A stretch of 64,000 nt of DNA from an uncultured Thiotrichales bacterium (GTDB lineage Bacteria > Pseudomonadota > Gammaproteobacteria > GCA-2400775): NCBI GenBank assembly GCA_964617475.1, contig CAZTYM010000010.1, positions 4,085 to 68,084 of the forward strand, in the 5' to 3' direction. The notes beneath the pieces are model-generated. The model ran no database searches. It had not been told where the DNA came from and saw nothing but the letters and a program-made list of their open reading frames with translations. The stretch's first letter is position 1. Every line of letters starts with the position of its first letter. The position numbers were made by a program, and so were the translations under genes. Below are positions 28,874 through 41,638 of this stretch, piece after piece.

Positions 28874-30052
28874 TTGCTATCATCTCTTATGCCTAAGTTT
28901 CTACTGAACCTCGCTCAGGGCACGTTTGTCGGCCTCATTATCGCGTTTATCTATTTACTGCTGTTTCAGCCTCATGTCTTTGAGCGTAAGGCTATCACGT
29001 TGCAGGAACAAGCGGCGCCAAGTATTGAGGAATTTGAAAGCGCTAATGGCCGTATAGGCGGCCCGGTTTCTTATGCCAATGCCGTTAACCTCGCCGCACC
29101 CGCTGTGGTTAACATCCACACCACTAAAATTATTCGCGAACGTCGCAATCCGATGTTCGATGATCCGTTTTTTCGGCGTTTTTTTGGCAATAGCTTTAAC
29201 TCTCGGCCTCGACAACGCGCCGAAAACAGCCTGGGTTCCGGTGTTATTGTCAGTGACGAGGGTTATATACTCACGAATAACCATGTCATTCAAGGTGCAG
29301 ATGAAATCGTTGTCGCATTGGCTGATGGTCGCACATCAAAAGCCACTGTTATTGGCACCGACCCTGATACTGACCTGGCCGCGCTAAAAATTCACTTAGA
29401 CAATCTTCCTGTGATCACTATTGGTCAGTCCGAAACCTTGAACGTTGGCGATGTCGTTTTGGCTATTGGCAATCCCTTTGGCGTTGGCCAAACAGTGACT
29501 ATGGGCATTGTCAGCGCTACCGGCAGACGCGGGCTTGATATCGCCACGTTTGAAAATTTTATTCAAACCGATGCAGCGATTAACCCCGGCAATTCAGGCG
29601 GCGCATTAATCAATGCTTTTGGCCAATTAGTTGGTGTCAATACTGCTATCTTTTCACGCAGTGGCGGCTCACAAGGTATTGGTTTTGCTATTCCCACCAG
29701 CGTTGCTACCAACATCCTAGAGCAGTTAATAGCCAATGGTCATGCTATCCGTGGTTGGTTAGGCATTGAGGCGCAAGATATTACACCGCGTTTGGCCGAA
29801 TCTTTCCAACTAAACAATTTAACGGGAGCGCTTGTTGCAGGGGTTTTCGAAAATGGTCCAGCTCACCGGGCAGGATTTCGCGCGGGGGATATCATCGTTG
29901 GCATTGGTGGGCTGACCTTTGCCAATAGCCGAGAAATGATGAATCTTATTGCTCAAGTTCCGCCAGGAGAGAGAGTAGATGTTGAGTTAGTGCGAAACCG
30001 TATACCAATGCGTATTGAGGCAGTAATTGGCCAACGGCCAAGATCAAATTAA
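28874..30052 (+). CDS. degS: Membrane-anchored HtrA-family serine endoprotease with one PDZ domain (DegS/AlgW type)
   Basis: 392 aa. N-terminal transmembrane anchor, catalytic triad motifs TNNHVI, DLAAL and GNSGGAL, and a single C-terminal PDZ domain. Confidence 0.8.
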   Translation: MLSSLMPKFLLNLAQGTFVGLIIAFIYLLLFQPHVFERKAITLQEQAAPSIEEFESANGRIGGPVSYANAVNLAAPAVVNIHTTKIIRERRNPMFDDPFFRRFFGNSFNSRPRQRAENSLGSGVIVSDEGYILTNNHVIQGADEIVVALADGRTSKATVIGTDPDTDLAALKIHLDNLPVITIGQSETLNVGDVVLAIGNPFGVGQTVTMGIVSATGRRGLDIATFENFIQTDAAINPGNSGGALINAFGQLVGVNTAIFSRSGGSQGIGFAIPTSVATNILEQLIANGHAIRGWLGIEAQDITPRLAESFQLNNLTGALVAGVFENGPAHRAGFRAGDIIVGIGGLTFANSREMMNLIAQVPPGERVDVELVRNRIPMRIEAVIGQRPRSN

Positions 30053-30059
30053 AATGAGA

Positions 30060-30923
30060 TTAGTGAATATCTGAATTGTGTTCTGCTGAATCGCTATTTT
30101 CTTCATCAGCAGCTTGAGGCTCTTCTTCGCTAATAAAATACTTAGAAAAGACAATGCCCGCTTCAAACAACAACCAAATTGGAATGGCTAATAAGGTTTG
30201 CGAAATGATATCGGGTGGGGTTAATAACATTCCTACAACAAAAGCACCGACAAATACATAAGGCCGCTTTTCGCGCAGGCTGTCCGCTGTTGTCATACCT
30301 AACTTTATAATAAGAATGGTAGCAATCGGCACTTCAAAGGCAATACCAAAAGCAAAAAACATTTTTATCGCAAAGTTAAGATAAGAGTTGATATCTGGCA
30401 TTACCGAAACGCCCTCAGGCGCAATGCTTTGCAAAAAACCAAATACCAGCGGGAAGACGACAAAATACGAAAACGCCATTCCCAAGTAAAACAAGACAGT
30501 GCTAGAAAAAACCAGGGGAAAAGCAAGTTTCTTCTCATGTTGATATAAGCCTGGCGAAATAAAAGCCCAAGCGTGGTAAAGCAGAATAGGAATACCGATA
30601 AATATAGAAAGGAATAAAACGGTTTTTACTGGTACTAGGAATGGGTCAATCACACCAATCGAGATCATTGGCTCGCGACCAGTAGCATCAACGCCAGGCT
30701 GTGCTTCACCGTCTTTGGGCAACGCTTCCATCGCCACATCGTCACCCACTATGGTTTGCAGCAGCGGTTGCGCGAGATAACCGTAGATATCATCCGCAAA
30801 AGGAAATAAACATATAAATATAAGAAGAATCGCGCCCACCGCCTTCATAAGGCGATCGCGCACTTCCTTCAGATGCTCGAGAAAGGGGGCCTCGGAATCA
30901 GGTGGGAAGTTCTCGGTAGACAT
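30060..30923 (-). CDS. tatC: Twin-arginine translocase subunit TatC
   Basis: 287-aa six-transmembrane protein with the HLKEVRDRLMKAV N-terminal motif. Last gene of tatABC. Confidence 0.9.
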   Translation of the reverse strand: MSTENFPPDSEAPFLEHLKEVRDRLMKAVGAILLIFICLFPFADDIYGYLAQPLLQTIVGDDVAMEALPKDGEAQPGVDATGREPMISIGVIDPFLVPVKTVLFLSIFIGIPILLYHAWAFISPGLYQHEKKLAFPLVFSSTVLFYLGMAFSYFVVFPLVFGFLQSIAPEGVSVMPDINSYLNFAIKMFFAFGIAFEVPIATILIIKLGMTTADSLREKRPYVFVGAFVVGMLLTPPDIISQTLLAIPIWLLFEAGIVFSKYFISEEEPQAADEENSDSAEHNSDIH

Positions 30924-30960
30924 AAAAATTTAGACTCAGTCTCATGCGCGAGATGCGCAC

Positions 30961-31278
30961 TTAACTTGACGTGGATGACTTACTGTTATCAGATGTCACA
31001 GCATCGCCAACATCAGCATCGATAGGAATTGAATCTTTGACTTGATTGACGGTTTCGTGCAACTCAGCGAGTTCTTTCTGGTCTTCAGCCAATTTTTTTA
31101 ATTCCTCAGCTTTATCAACCTCGTTCTTGATTTCTTCCTTCACCGTTGCCGTTATGCGTTTGGCTTTACCCACCCACAGGCCAATATTACGTATCAATCC
31201 GGCAAACTTCTCCGGGCCGACGACGATTAGCGCAATACCGGCAACAAGCAGGATTTCCCAAGAACTGATATCAAACAT
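30961..31278 (-). CDS. tatB: Twin-arginine translocase subunit TatB
   Basis: 105 aa. MFDISSWEILLVAGIALIVVGPEKF N-terminus followed by an amphipathic helix and a charged tail. Confidence 0.85.
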   Translation of the reverse strand: MFDISSWEILLVAGIALIVVGPEKFAGLIRNIGLWVGKAKRITATVKEEIKNEVDKAEELKKLAEDQKELAELHETVNQVKDSIPIDADVGDAVTSDNSKSSTSS

Positions 31279-31292
31279 GGCGTCAGATCAAT

Positions 31293-31535
31293 CTAAGCCT
31301 TGTCCTTATCTCCGGCAGCTTCGCGTTGAGCAACTTCGCCTTCAATCACGTCGTCTGCGTCGCCTTTTTCCAGCTTCGCTTTTTCATCTTCGCCAGCTTC
31401 ACCGTCTTTCATCGCACTCTTAAAGCCTTTAACAGCGCTACCCAGATCACCACCGACGTTACGTAAACGTTTCGCGCCAAAAAGCAGTAGAACAATCAAA
31501 AGGATGATTAACAACTGCCAAACACTGATACCCAT
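31293..31535 (-). CDS. tatA: Twin-arginine translocase subunit TatA
   Basis: 80 aa. [24 protein letters not shown] followed by an acidic C-terminus. Confidence 0.9.
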   Translation of the reverse strand: MGISVWQLLIILLIVLLLFGAKRLRNVGGDLGSAVKGFKSAMKDGEAGEDEKAKLEKGDADDVIEGEVAQREAAGDKDKA

Positions 31536-31572
31536 CTTATCTCTCCAAAGACCTAATAATTAAGCCAACGCA

Positions 31573-31887
31573 CTAGCTGCGTGAGGCCTTTTCTTCTATA
31601 CCAGAAACGCCAAAGCGTCTCGCCAACTCTTCATTCACCTCGGACATTGCTATGCCTTTGTGTGCCAACAAAACCAAACTGTGAAACCAAAGGTCAGCCA
31701 TTTCGTAGACGACATGCTCTCGCGTTTCGCTTTGACTAGCAATAATGACTTCCACGGCTTCTTCGCCCAGTTTTTTTAATATTTTACCTTCACCATCTTG
31801 ATAAAGGCTGGCGACATAGGAAGAATTTGGGTCCGCATCTTTGCGACTTTCCAGGATATCTTCCAGCTGTTTCAGTACATCACTCAT
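31573..31887 (-). CDS. hisE: Phosphoribosyl-ATP pyrophosphatase
   Basis: 104-aa MazG-like HisE with LGEEAVEVIIA and EMADLWFHSLVLL motifs. It is monofunctional, with no fused HisI domain. Confidence 0.85.
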   Translation of the reverse strand: MSDVLKQLEDILESRKDADPNSSYVASLYQDGEGKILKKLGEEAVEVIIASQSETREHVVYEMADLWFHSLVLLAHKGIAMSEVNEELARRFGVSGIEEKASRS

Positions 31888-31983
31888 TGTAACCGGGCAC
31901 GTTAATCGCTTTTTTGCTGGTTTTCAACCATCGTATTGTGACAAAACCGCCTTTCCGCCAACCGGTATAGGCAAAATTGGGGC

Positions 31984-32757
31984 TTAAATCCGAACTTCAA
32001 TACCTGCTTTAGCCATAAACTGCTTGGCATCAAGCACACTGTGCTCGCCATAATGGAAAATGCTGGCGGCAAGAACGGCATCGGCGTGGCCTTCGTTTAC
32101 TCCATCGACCAAATGCTGCAAATTACCCACTCCACCAGAGGCAATGACCGGAATACAGACCGAATCGCTGACTTGGCGCGTGAGCTCGAGGTCAAAACCG
32201 TCTTTCGTGCCGTCTCGATCCATACTGGTCAATAAAATTTCGCCAGCGCCATATTCTTCCATACGCTGCACCCATTCAATCACATCTATACCCGTCTCAC
32301 GACGACCACCATGGGTGAAAATTTGCCATGCTGGCACTTCATCTTGGCCACTGACACGACGGGCGTCAGCGGCCACGACAATACACTGCGCGCCATATTT
32401 ATCTGCGGCACGGCGAACTAAATCGGGATCATGAATCGCCGCCGTATTAATACCTACTTTATCGGCGCCTGCCTTAAGCATGCGACCCACATCTTCAACG
32501 GCACGGATACCGCCGCCAACAGTCAGCGGAATAAATATTTCGCTAGCAACTCGTTCGACAACGTCGACTATAGTTTTACGGCCCTCATGACTGGCGCTTA
32601 TATCGAGGAAGACAAGTTCGTCTGCACTTTGAGCATCATAACGGCGCGCCACTTCGACAGGATCACCTGCGTCACGAATATCAACAAATTGAACGCCTTT
32701 GACAACGCGACCGTCGTCAACATCCAGGCAAGGAATAATACGTTTGGCTAAAGCCAT
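31984..32757 (-). CDS. hisF: Imidazole glycerol phosphate synthase cyclase subunit
   Basis: 257 aa. [15 protein letters not shown] and SGGVG motifs of HisF. Confidence 0.95.
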   Translation of the reverse strand: MALAKRIIPCLDVDDGRVVKGVQFVDIRDAGDPVEVARRYDAQSADELVFLDISASHEGRKTIVDVVERVASEIFIPLTVGGGIRAVEDVGRMLKAGADKVGINTAAIHDPDLVRRAADKYGAQCIVVAADARRVSGQDEVPAWQIFTHGGRRETGIDVIEWVQRMEEYGAGEILLTSMDRDGTKDGFDLELTRQVSDSVCIPVIASGGVGNLQHLVDGVNEGHADAVLAASIFHYGEHSVLDAKQFMAKAGIEVRI

Positions 32758-32787
32758 AATGCACTGTCAAAAAAGGAGAGGATAATT

Positions 32788-33528
32788 TTAGTTAGATTTG
32801 TACTCGTCGGCGATTTTTTGCGCAGCGGCTAAATCTAGAGTGCCTTCATATAAAGCACGACCACTTATAGCACCGATTACGCCTTCGTCTTCTACTTCAC
32901 ATAGAGCACGTACATCATCCATATTGGTAATACCACCAGACGCGATCACCGGGATGGTTATCGATTGTGCTAGTTTTACGGTGGCTTCAACGTTAACACC
33001 ATCCATCATGCCGTCACGGCTAATGTCGGTATAAATGATGGCTTCGACACCATCGCGTTCAAAATGCTGCGCCATATCAATCACATCATGGTGTGAAAGC
33101 TTAGACCAACCGTCGATGGCCACTTTGCCATCTTTCGCATCTAAACCAACAATAATGTGACCGGGAAATTCGGCACAAACGTCTGATACAAAATGCGGCG
33201 CAGTCACCGCCGTAGTACCAATTATGACAAAACTCACTCCGCTATCTAAATAAGCCTGGATAGTGTCATCATCACGGATACCACCACCAACTTGCACAGG
33301 AATATCAGGAATAGCATCAACGATACGGTGAATGACATCGGTGTTGACCGGTCTGCCTTGTACGGCACCGTCCAGGTCAACAAGGTGAATACGTCTAGCA
33401 CCGGCTTCTACCCAGCGCTCAGCCATGGCGACTGGATCATCTGAAAAGACGGTCTCGTCTTCCATATTACCCTGACGCAAACGTACACATTTGCCATCTT
33501 TTAAATCAATTGCTGGTATTAACAGCAT
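32788..33528 (-). CDS. hisA: 1-(5-phosphoribosyl)-5-[(5-phosphoribosylamino)methylideneamino]imidazole-4-carboxamide isomerase
   Basis: 246 aa. [17 protein letters not shown] and the GGGIR...ASGG pattern. Confidence 0.9.
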   Translation of the reverse strand: MLLIPAIDLKDGKCVRLRQGNMEDETVFSDDPVAMAERWVEAGARRIHLVDLDGAVQGRPVNTDVIHRIVDAIPDIPVQVGGGIRDDDTIQAYLDSGVSFVIIGTTAVTAPHFVSDVCAEFPGHIIVGLDAKDGKVAIDGWSKLSHHDVIDMAQHFERDGVEAIIYTDISRDGMMDGVNVEATVKLAQSITIPVIASGGITNMDDVRALCEVEDEGVIGAISGRALYEGTLDLAAAQKIADEYKSN

Positions 33529-33582
33529 AGAGCTTTCCTCGTTAGTATTGAACTATCCCACTTAACCAAAAACTATTTCTAA

Positions 33583-34227
33583 TTATTGGCCATTCCATTG
33601 CGTAAAGTTTTCCAAAATTTTTAAACCTAGCGTTTGGCTTTTTTCTGGGTGAAACTGCACAGCAAATACGTTTGGCGCAGTGACTGCTGCACAAAATTCA
33701 CCACCGTAATCACAAACACCTGCTACATTGGCGATATCATTGGCATCGACAAAATAACTGTGAACAAAATAAAACCGATCTCCCGATTCAACGCCATGCC
33801 ACACTGGGTGTTCTTGCTTCAACGTCAAGCCATTCCAACCCATATGCGGCACTTTCAAGCGCTGCCCAGATTTGATATCGGCAAGATCTTGGCCAAAATA
33901 ACCCACCTTCCCCGGCAATATACTTAAGCCATCGCAGCCGTCGTTTTCTTCACTAAAATCAAATAAAGCCTGCATACCCAGGCAAATACCTAAAAACGGC
34001 TTTTCGCTAATGAGTTGTTTAATCAAATCGTCTAAGGCTAAACGCTTTAGCTCTGCCATAGCGTCTTTTAAAGCACCTACGCCAGGGAAGACGACGCGAT
34101 CAGCCTCAGCAATAACCTTAGCATCATTAGTCACATGCACTGTGGCATTGGGTGCCACATGTTCCAGCGCTTTAGACACGGAACGAATATTGCCCATACC
34201 GTAATCAATGACAGCAACAGAATTCAT
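33583..34227 (-). CDS. hisH: Imidazole glycerol phosphate synthase glutamine amidotransferase subunit
   Basis: 214 aa class-I glutamine amidotransferase. GICLGMQ catalytic Cys and VQFHPEKS. Confidence 0.9.
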   Translation of the reverse strand: MNSVAVIDYGMGNIRSVSKALEHVAPNATVHVTNDAKVIAEADRVVFPGVGALKDAMAELKRLALDDLIKQLISEKPFLGICLGMQALFDFSEENDGCDGLSILPGKVGYFGQDLADIKSGQRLKVPHMGWNGLTLKQEHPVWHGVESGDRFYFVHSYFVDANDIANVAGVCDYGGEFCAAVTAPNVFAVQFHPEKSQTLGLKILENFTQWNGQ

Positions 34228-34251
34228 GCTACTAAGGTCGCCAATATCTCA

Positions 34252-34863
34252 CTAACCCGAAAGCTTACCTTTGGTCGAAGGAATTGCGCCGCCGCTGCGC
34301 TCATCAAACTCAATAGCCATACGCAAGGCTCTACCAAATGCTTTAAACACGGTTTCAATAATATGGTGTGCGTTATCACCGCGAATATTATCTATATGCA
34401 AAGTCACCCATGAGTGATTGACCATACCACCGAAAAACTCGCGGAATAGATCAACATCAAAACCACCAACGCTAGCACGAGGAAAATCAATATAATATTC
34501 AAGGCCAGGACGACCGGAAAAATCGATAACGACGCGAGACAAAGCTTCATCTAATGGCACATAGGCGTGACCGTAACGACGAATACCGCGCTTATCGCCA
34601 ATCGCTTGTGCAAGCGCCTGACCTAGCGTAATACCAATATCTTCAACAGTGTGATGATCATCAATTTCAAGATCGCCTTTTGCTTTCACGCTCAGATCAA
34701 CCAGACCATGGCGAGCAATTTGATCCATCATATGATCAAGAAAGGGAATACCACTATCTAGCTCGGCCTTACCAGTGCCGTCCAGATTAATGCTTACTTC
34801 AATTTGTGTTTCTAACGTATCGCGCGTAACGGACGCTTTACGATCTGTCATGACTCTCTCCAA
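34252..34863 (-). CDS. hisB: Imidazoleglycerol-phosphate dehydratase
   Basis: 203-aa monofunctional [11 protein letters not shown] and HHIIE metal-binding motifs. Confidence 0.9.
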   Translation of the reverse strand: MERVMTDRKASVTRDTLETQIEVSINLDGTGKAELDSGIPFLDHMMDQIARHGLVDLSVKAKGDLEIDDHHTVEDIGITLGQALAQAIGDKRGIRRYGHAYVPLDEALSRVVIDFSGRPGLEYYIDFPRASVGGFDVDLFREFFGGMVNHSWVTLHIDNIRGDNAHHIIETVFKAFGRALRMAIEFDERSGGAIPSTKGKLSG

Positions 34864-34894
34864 GCCCTTACTATATCAAACAATCTCTTTGAGT

Positions 34895-36196
34895 TTAATT
34901 TTGAATACGATATTCCGCCGAACGCGCATGCGCCGTCAAACCCTCGCCACGCGCCAAAGTCGAAGCCACTTTACCTAGTTTAGAGGCACCTTCTGGTGAA
35001 CACATAATCACACTAGAACGTTTTTGAAAATCATAAACACCCAGTGGAGACGAAAAACGCGCCGTTCTCGATGTTGGCAAAACATGATTAGGGCCAGCGC
35101 AATAATCGCCTAAGACTTCAGCCGTCGACTGCCCCATGAAAATTGCACCTGCATGGCGCACTTTTGCTAATAACGACTTTGGATCGGCTACTGAAAGCTG
35201 CAAATGCTCTGGTGCTATATAGTTTATGACTTCCATGGCGGCATCGACACTGTCTGCTTTAATCATAGCCGCGCGGCGAGACAATGAAGCCTCAATAATC
35301 TCACTACGTTCCATTTCAGGTAATAAGCGGTTAATGCTAGCCTCTACTTTGTTGATATACGCTTCATCGGTACTAATTAATATTGCTTGCGCATCTTCAT
35401 CGTGTTCGGATTGCGAAAACAAATCCATCGCCATCCAGTCAGCGGGCATGCTGTCATCGGCAAGCACCAATATTTCAGACGGGCCAGCAATCATATCGAT
35501 ACCCACAGTACCAAATACCATACGCTTGGCTGTTGCCACATAGATATTGCCTGGGCCAACGATCTTATCTACGGCTGGCACGGTTTCGGTACCATAGGCC
35601 AAAGCCGCCACCGCTTGCGCACCACCGACGGTAAACACACGATCAACACCGCCAATCACGGCTGCTGCCAGCACTAACTCATTTAGTACACTATCAGGCG
35701 TGGGTACTACCATGATTAATTCTTCTACACCTGCCACCTTCGCAGGAATGGCATTCATTAGAACCGATGACGGATAAGCTGCCTTGCCTCCAGGTACGTA
35801 CAAACCCACTTTATCTAAAGGTGAGACCTTTTGACCCAATAATGTTCCATCATCTTCGGTGTAATCCCAAGAATCACTTTTTTGTTTTACATGATAATCA
35901 CGCAAGCGTTGCGCAGCTTGCTCCAAAGCCAATTTTTCTGCCTCTGGAATACTGTCTAGCGCTTGTTGCAAACGTTCTTGGCTCAGCTCTAATGCCGAAG
36001 CAGTTGATGCACTTAGACGATCAAAACGCTGGGTATATTCAAGCAAGGCCGCATCACCACGCTGACGAATATCTAATAAGATTTCACGCACGGTATTGGT
36101 GACCGCCAAATCATCGGCATCATCAAAGGCACGAACCGCTTCTAGTTCTTGCCAGAAATTTTCCGATGCCGTGTTAAGTCTTGTTATCGCAACCAT
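34895..36196 (-). CDS. hisD: Histidinol dehydrogenase
   Basis: 433 aa. SQSEHDE and [13 protein letters not shown] motifs. Confidence 0.95.
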   Translation of the reverse strand: MVAITRLNTASENFWQELEAVRAFDDADDLAVTNTVREILLDIRQRGDAALLEYTQRFDRLSASTASALELSQERLQQALDSIPEAEKLALEQAAQRLRDYHVKQKSDSWDYTEDDGTLLGQKVSPLDKVGLYVPGGKAAYPSSVLMNAIPAKVAGVEELIMVVPTPDSVLNELVLAAAVIGGVDRVFTVGGAQAVAALAYGTETVPAVDKIVGPGNIYVATAKRMVFGTVGIDMIAGPSEILVLADDSMPADWMAMDLFSQSEHDEDAQAILISTDEAYINKVEASINRLLPEMERSEIIEASLSRRAAMIKADSVDAAMEVINYIAPEHLQLSVADPKSLLAKVRHAGAIFMGQSTAEVLGDYCAGPNHVLPTSRTARFSSPLGVYDFQKRSSVIMCSPEGASKLGKVASTLARGEGLTAHARSAEYRIQN

Positions 36197-36210
36197 TTTA
36201 CTAACCCTGC

Positions 36211-36849
36211 TTAACCAGCTTGCTCTACAGCCGTACCGATCTGATCAATCAATCGCTTTATGCGGTCCTGCTTCATCTTCATTGAACCTTTATTCACCAC
36301 TAGGCGTGAACTGACATCAAGAATATGCTCAAGTGATACCAAACCGTTAGCGCGCAAGGTGTTACCGGTATCAACCAAGTCGACAATCAAATCAGATAAA
36401 CCCACTATCGGTGCCAACTCCATAGATCCATAAAGTTTAATAATCTCTACCTGCATACCAAGCTTGGCATAATACTCTTGTGTGGTACGTATGTATTTTG
36501 TTGCGATTCGCATACGTGCTTGACGCGGGTTAGTATCAGGCAAACCACAAAGCATTAACTTACATCTGGCAATCTTGAGGTCTAATGGTTCATATAAACC
36601 ACTACCATTGTACTCAACCAAAACATCCTTTCCGGCAATACCAACATCGGCTGCACCGTACTCAACAAAGGTGGGCACATCAGCTGCACGAATAATCACC
36701 AATTTAACGCCAGGCTCGTTTGTTTCGATAATGAGTTTGCGACTAGTGTCTGGGTCTTCTGTCGGCACTATTCCCGCCGCCGCCAATAGTGGCAAAGCTT
36801 CTTTATATATTCGCCCTTTTGAAACGGCGATGGTTAATTCATCTTTCAT
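36211..36849 (-). CDS. hisG: ATP phosphoribosyltransferase (short form)
   Basis: 212 aa. [11 protein letters not shown]-terminus and the [13 protein letters not shown] motif. Confidence 0.9.
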   Translation of the reverse strand: MKDELTIAVSKGRIYKEALPLLAAAGIVPTEDPDTSRKLIIETNEPGVKLVIIRAADVPTFVEYGAADVGIAGKDVLVEYNGSGLYEPLDLKIARCKLMLCGLPDTNPRQARMRIATKYIRTTQEYYAKLGMQVEIIKLYGSMELAPIVGLSDLIVDLVDTGNTLRANGLVSLEHILDVSSRLVVNKGSMKMKQDRIKRLIDQIGTAVEQAG

Positions 36850-36884
36850 AACAACACGCTAAAATAACGTTAAATAGAAACTCA

Positions 36885-38153
<1,269 letters not shown>

Positions 38154-38199
38154 TTATTGATGCGCTCTTTATCGAGCGTGAACACCGTTTTAAAGAATT

Positions 38200-38421
38200 T
38201 TAAGGCACCCGCGTTTTTAGGGCTAAAGCGTGTATTGAAGCATTTTCAACATTATCGCCTAGAGTGGCATACACCATTCGATGTTGCTCAAGCATTGATT
38301 TCCCGCGAAACGATTCCGCAACCACCATGGCTTCAAAATGAACACCATCATCACCCTTGACCGCCACTTCGGCGTCAGGTAAACCCGCTTTTATCATTTG
38401 TTCAATTTGACTGGCTTGCAT
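38200..38421 (-). CDS. ibaG: BolA-family protein (IbaG/YrbA)
   Basis: 73-aa BolA-like protein with the HFEAMVVAESFRGKS motif, between mlaB and murA. Confidence 0.75.
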   Translation of the reverse strand: MQASQIEQMIKAGLPDAEVAVKGDDGVHFEAMVVAESFRGKSMLEQHRMVYATLGDNVENASIHALALKTRVP

Positions 38422-38509
38422 GAATTTACACCTGAAATAGGGGATATTCTAACACAAGGTGATATTTGGCATTGTAGGGCGCTGGCACCCAGAAAGATAA
38501 GATTGAAGA

Positions 38510-38809
38510 CTAGCGATTAATAGGTAGCAATTGATCTAAGTTAGTCATCTCGAGCACGGCAAACAGGTGCTCTGGAATATTAATGAAATTGAGTTGGCCA
38601 CCCGCAGAGTTTACTCGGCGATGAAGCTCAACCATAAGAGCCGTCGCAGCACTATCGGCATGCTCAACTTCAGCCATGTCGATAGTAATTTGTTGCGAAG
38701 CAGCCTCGCACTCGCGAATCAATGCGTCAGAATGAGCGACGCTGGCAAAGCTCAATTCTCCAGTTAAATGGAAATGCCCATCTACCACTCGATAATTAAG
38801 CTGACTCAT
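38510..38809 (-). CDS. mlaB: STAS-domain phospholipid transport auxiliary protein MlaB
   Basis: 99-aa STAS fold protein overlapping the mlaC 3' end. Confidence 0.7.
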   Translation of the reverse strand: MSQLNYRVVDGHFHLTGELSFASVAHSDALIRECEAASQQITIDMAEVEHADSAATALMVELHRRVNSAGGQLNFINIPEHLFAVLEMTNLDQLLPINR

Positions 38810-39431
38810 CTTCCGGTTCGCCCTTGAGCGCTTTTTCGTTTCTCTTCTTCAAATCTAGAATCAAAGCATCGATGCCCTTTTTATTGACAAAGCTGGAAAA
38901 CGTGCTGCGAAAATTGGTAATCAGGCTGACACCTTCGATTGTAATATTGAAGACCTTCCACGCAGATTTCTTATCGTGCATACGGTATGTCACGCCAACC
39001 GGTTCACCACCGTTATTGACTTCACTGACAACATCAACATAGCGAGCCCCTTCTTCTGTTCTCACCGGGTCATAAGTAATTTCTGCATCGGCAAATCGGT
39101 ACAGTGCTTTCGCATAGGTATTAAGTAACAGCTGACGAAACTCTATGGTAAAACCTTTACGCTGTTCTACACTTGCTTTACGCCAATGTTTACCCAATGC
39201 TAACTTTGACATTCTTATAAAATCAAAGTGATCAAGAATCTTGTCGCTGACAATCTCACGCAAGACATTGTCATCAGACTCGATAGCTTCTTTTTCCGTT
39301 TTAAAAGCACTGAGTAATTCCTGCGTAGTGGTCTCAACCAACTCGCGCGCTGGATGATCTTCGGCAAACGCCAAACCAGCACTTGCCAACCACAAGATAA
39401 GGATAAGCGGTAAGCGTCTGCAGTTAATCAT
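38796..39431 (-). CDS. mlaC: Periplasmic phospholipid-binding protein MlaC (Ttg2D family)
   Basis: 211 aa with a signal peptide and Tol-tolerance/MlaC family layout. Confidence 0.8.
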   Translation of the reverse strand: MINCRRLPLILILWLASAGLAFAEDHPARELVETTTQELLSAFKTEKEAIESDDNVLREIVSDKILDHFDFIRMSKLALGKHWRKASVEQRKGFTIEFRQLLLNTYAKALYRFADAEITYDPVRTEEGARYVDVVSEVNNGGEPVGVTYRMHDKKSAWKVFNITIEGVSLITNFRSTFSSFVNKKGIDALILDLKKRNEKALKGEPEDESA

Positions 39432-39526
39432 TGTCTTCTCCTAAAAACTATTTCTATCGTTATAGTGGCACACTAAAACGTAACACTGGCTTAATCTTGG
39501 GTACAGTAATTCAGCGCAAATTCATA

Positions 39527-39982
39527 TTATTCGGCCTGGTTCAATAGGAATTGACCGATTAGCTGTTCTATGACTATTGCTGATTGTGTCAGTTCAATCT
39601 CATCGCCAGCCGCCAAATAATCTTCTTCTGCACCTGGCTCTAAACCAATATATTGCTCGCCCAGCAAACCAGAAGTAAAAATATTTGCAGTAGTATCTAT
39701 GGGCAAACGGTCGTAACCCGTGCCAATGGTCATTTCAACCACTGCTTCGTAACCGTCCTGGTCATAGCGAATACCGCTGACACGCCCCACTCTGACTCCC
39801 GATAATCTAACAGGAGACCGAACTTTCAAACCGCCAATATTTTCAAACCGCGCATCGATGGTGTAACCCTCTGTATCAGAGAATGCGCCGAGATTACTCG
39901 CTTTCATAGCAAGCATAATTAACGCCGCGATACCTGCGACAACAAACAACCCAACCGTAATTTCTGTCATTCTGGTATACAC
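39527..39982 (-). CDS. mlaD: MCE-domain protein MlaD
   Basis: 151 aa. N-terminal transmembrane anchor plus a single MCE domain. Confidence 0.85.
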   Translation of the reverse strand: MYTRMTEITVGLFVVAGIAALIMLAMKASNLGAFSDTEGYTIDARFENIGGLKVRSPVRLSGVRVGRVSGIRYDQDGYEAVVEMTIGTGYDRLPIDTTANIFTSGLLGEQYIGLEPGAEEDYLAAGDEIELTQSAIVIEQLIGQFLLNQAE

Positions 39983-39985
39983 TAA

Positions 39986-40768
39986 TTAACTTCCTCCGAA
40001 CATCAGCGCGGTTAAAATAAAGTCAAACGCCAACACAGCAAAAGCACTATGCACCACTGTGCGCATGGTTGAACGACTTACTCCTTCCGCAGTTGGTTTA
40101 GCATCATACCCTTCAAAAACGGCAATCCAGGTAATGATGATTCCGAATACAAAACTTTTAATAATGCCATTAAGAATATCGTCGTAGAAATCAACGTTGG
40201 CTTGCATTAGCGACCAAAATGCACCGCTATCGACACCTAGCATTCCTACCCCGACGAGGTAGCCGCCAATAATACCAACAGCACTAAACATGGCTGCCAA
40301 AAGTGGCATAGATAACACACCAGCCAAAAAACGCGGCGCAACAACACGCTTAATAGGGTCAACAGCCATCATTTCCATGCTAGATAACTGCTCGGTGGCT
40401 TTCATTAAACCAATTTCGGCAGTTAGCGCAGAACCAGCGCGACCGGCGAACAAAAGCCCTGATAAAACTGGCCCTAACTCACGTACTAGTGCAAGCGCAA
40501 CGACTTGACCTAATATCTGCTCGGAGCCAAAATTTTGCAGCGTATAAAACATTTGTAGGCCTAAGACCATGCCTACGGCAAGTGCTGAAATAACAATAAT
40601 AGCGATAGACAGCACACCCACTTCATATAGCTGCACGATGACTAATGAAAAACGCCGTAATAAGGCTGGCAGGCTAGCCACAACATTGCTAATAAACAAC
40701 GTAGCCTTACCCAAGCGCGCAATTGAGCGCAAAGCGGCTTCGCCAATCATTCTTATTGGTTCTATCAT
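39986..40768 (-). CDS. mlaE: Phospholipid ABC transporter permease MlaE
   Basis: 260-aa polytopic permease between mlaF and mlaD. Confidence 0.9.
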   Translation of the reverse strand: MIEPIRMIGEAALRSIARLGKATLFISNVVASLPALLRRFSLVIVQLYEVGVLSIAIIVISALAVGMVLGLQMFYTLQNFGSEQILGQVVALALVRELGPVLSGLLFAGRAGSALTAEIGLMKATEQLSSMEMMAVDPIKRVVAPRFLAGVLSMPLLAAMFSAVGIIGGYLVGVGMLGVDSGAFWSLMQANVDFYDDILNGIIKSFVFGIIITWIAVFEGYDAKPTAEGVSRSTMRTVVHSAFAVLAFDFILTALMFGGS

Positions 40769-40804
40769 GCTAACGTTCTTTCCAGCGTTTTATTCAAACA
40801 GCAC

Positions 40805-41611
40805 CTAGTCAATTGCAGAAAACAAATCCTCTTGATAATCCCCAGCGGGATACTTAAACGCCACAGGCCCATCTGGCTCAGCACAAAGAAACTGCTGCGC
40901 CCAAGGTGAATCAGACTCACGTAATGCTTCCGGACTACCTTGCGCAATCACCTTTCCGTCTGAAATCATATAAACATAGTCTGAAATGGCCATTACCTCA
41001 TGAACATCATGAGAAACGATAATACTTGTCATCCCCAGGCTATCGTTGAGCAGTTTAATTAAGCGGGTAATCACCGCCATAGTAATAGGATCTTGTCCAA
41101 CAAAAGGTTCGTCATACATCATTAATCGAGGATCAAGCGCAATCGCTCTAGCAAGAGCCACACGCCGCGCCATTCCTCCAGATAGTTCTGCAGGCGTTAA
41201 ATTTACCGCGCCACGCAAACCAACTGCCTCAAGCTTTGTCAATATCAAGTGCCGAATCATTTGCTCAGATAGATCGGTATGCTCCCGCAGAGGGAAAGCC
41301 ACATTGTCATAAACACTCAAGCCGGTAAACAATGCGCTCGCTTGGAAAAGTAGACCCATATGTTTTCGCGCAGCAAGCAATTGTCGCTTACTCATCGTTA
41401 CAACATTCTCACCTTCGAATAAGATACTGCCTGAATGCGGCGAAACCTGACCACCAATCATTCGCAGCAAAGTAGTCTTACCTGTGCCACTAGGCCCCAT
41501 AATTGTGGTTATTTTGCCACGTTCAACTTCTATATCTAAACCGTTGGCAATCACTCTCGGACCGTAATTAAAATGAAGTTGCTCGACTTTTAATATGGCA
41601 TCACTTGTCAT
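40805..41611 (-). CDS. mlaF: Phospholipid ABC transporter ATPase MlaF
   Basis: 268 aa. Walker A GPSGTGKTT, ABC signature LSGGMARRVALARA and Walker B MMYDEP. Confidence 0.9.
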   Translation of the reverse strand: MTSDAILKVEQLHFNYGPRVIANGLDIEVERGKITTIMGPSGTGKTTLLRMIGGQVSPHSGSILFEGENVVTMSKRQLLAARKHMGLLFQASALFTGLSVYDNVAFPLREHTDLSEQMIRHLILTKLEAVGLRGAVNLTPAELSGGMARRVALARAIALDPRLMMYDEPFVGQDPITMAVITRLIKLLNDSLGMTSIIVSHDVHEVMAISDYVYMISDGKVIAQGSPEALRESDSPWAQQFLCAEPDGPVAFKYPAGDYQEDLFSAID

Positions 41612-41638
41612 TATTTTTCCGCTTAATTGTTACCAGGC

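Noticed and set aside
28861-28888. Only 13 bp between the annotated ybgI and degS divergent start codons
   Set aside because: This is an artefact of taking the longest ORFs. Family alignments suggest internal starts (MVDREEL for YbgI, MPKFLL for DegS), which gives a normal divergent promoter gap of about 65 bp.
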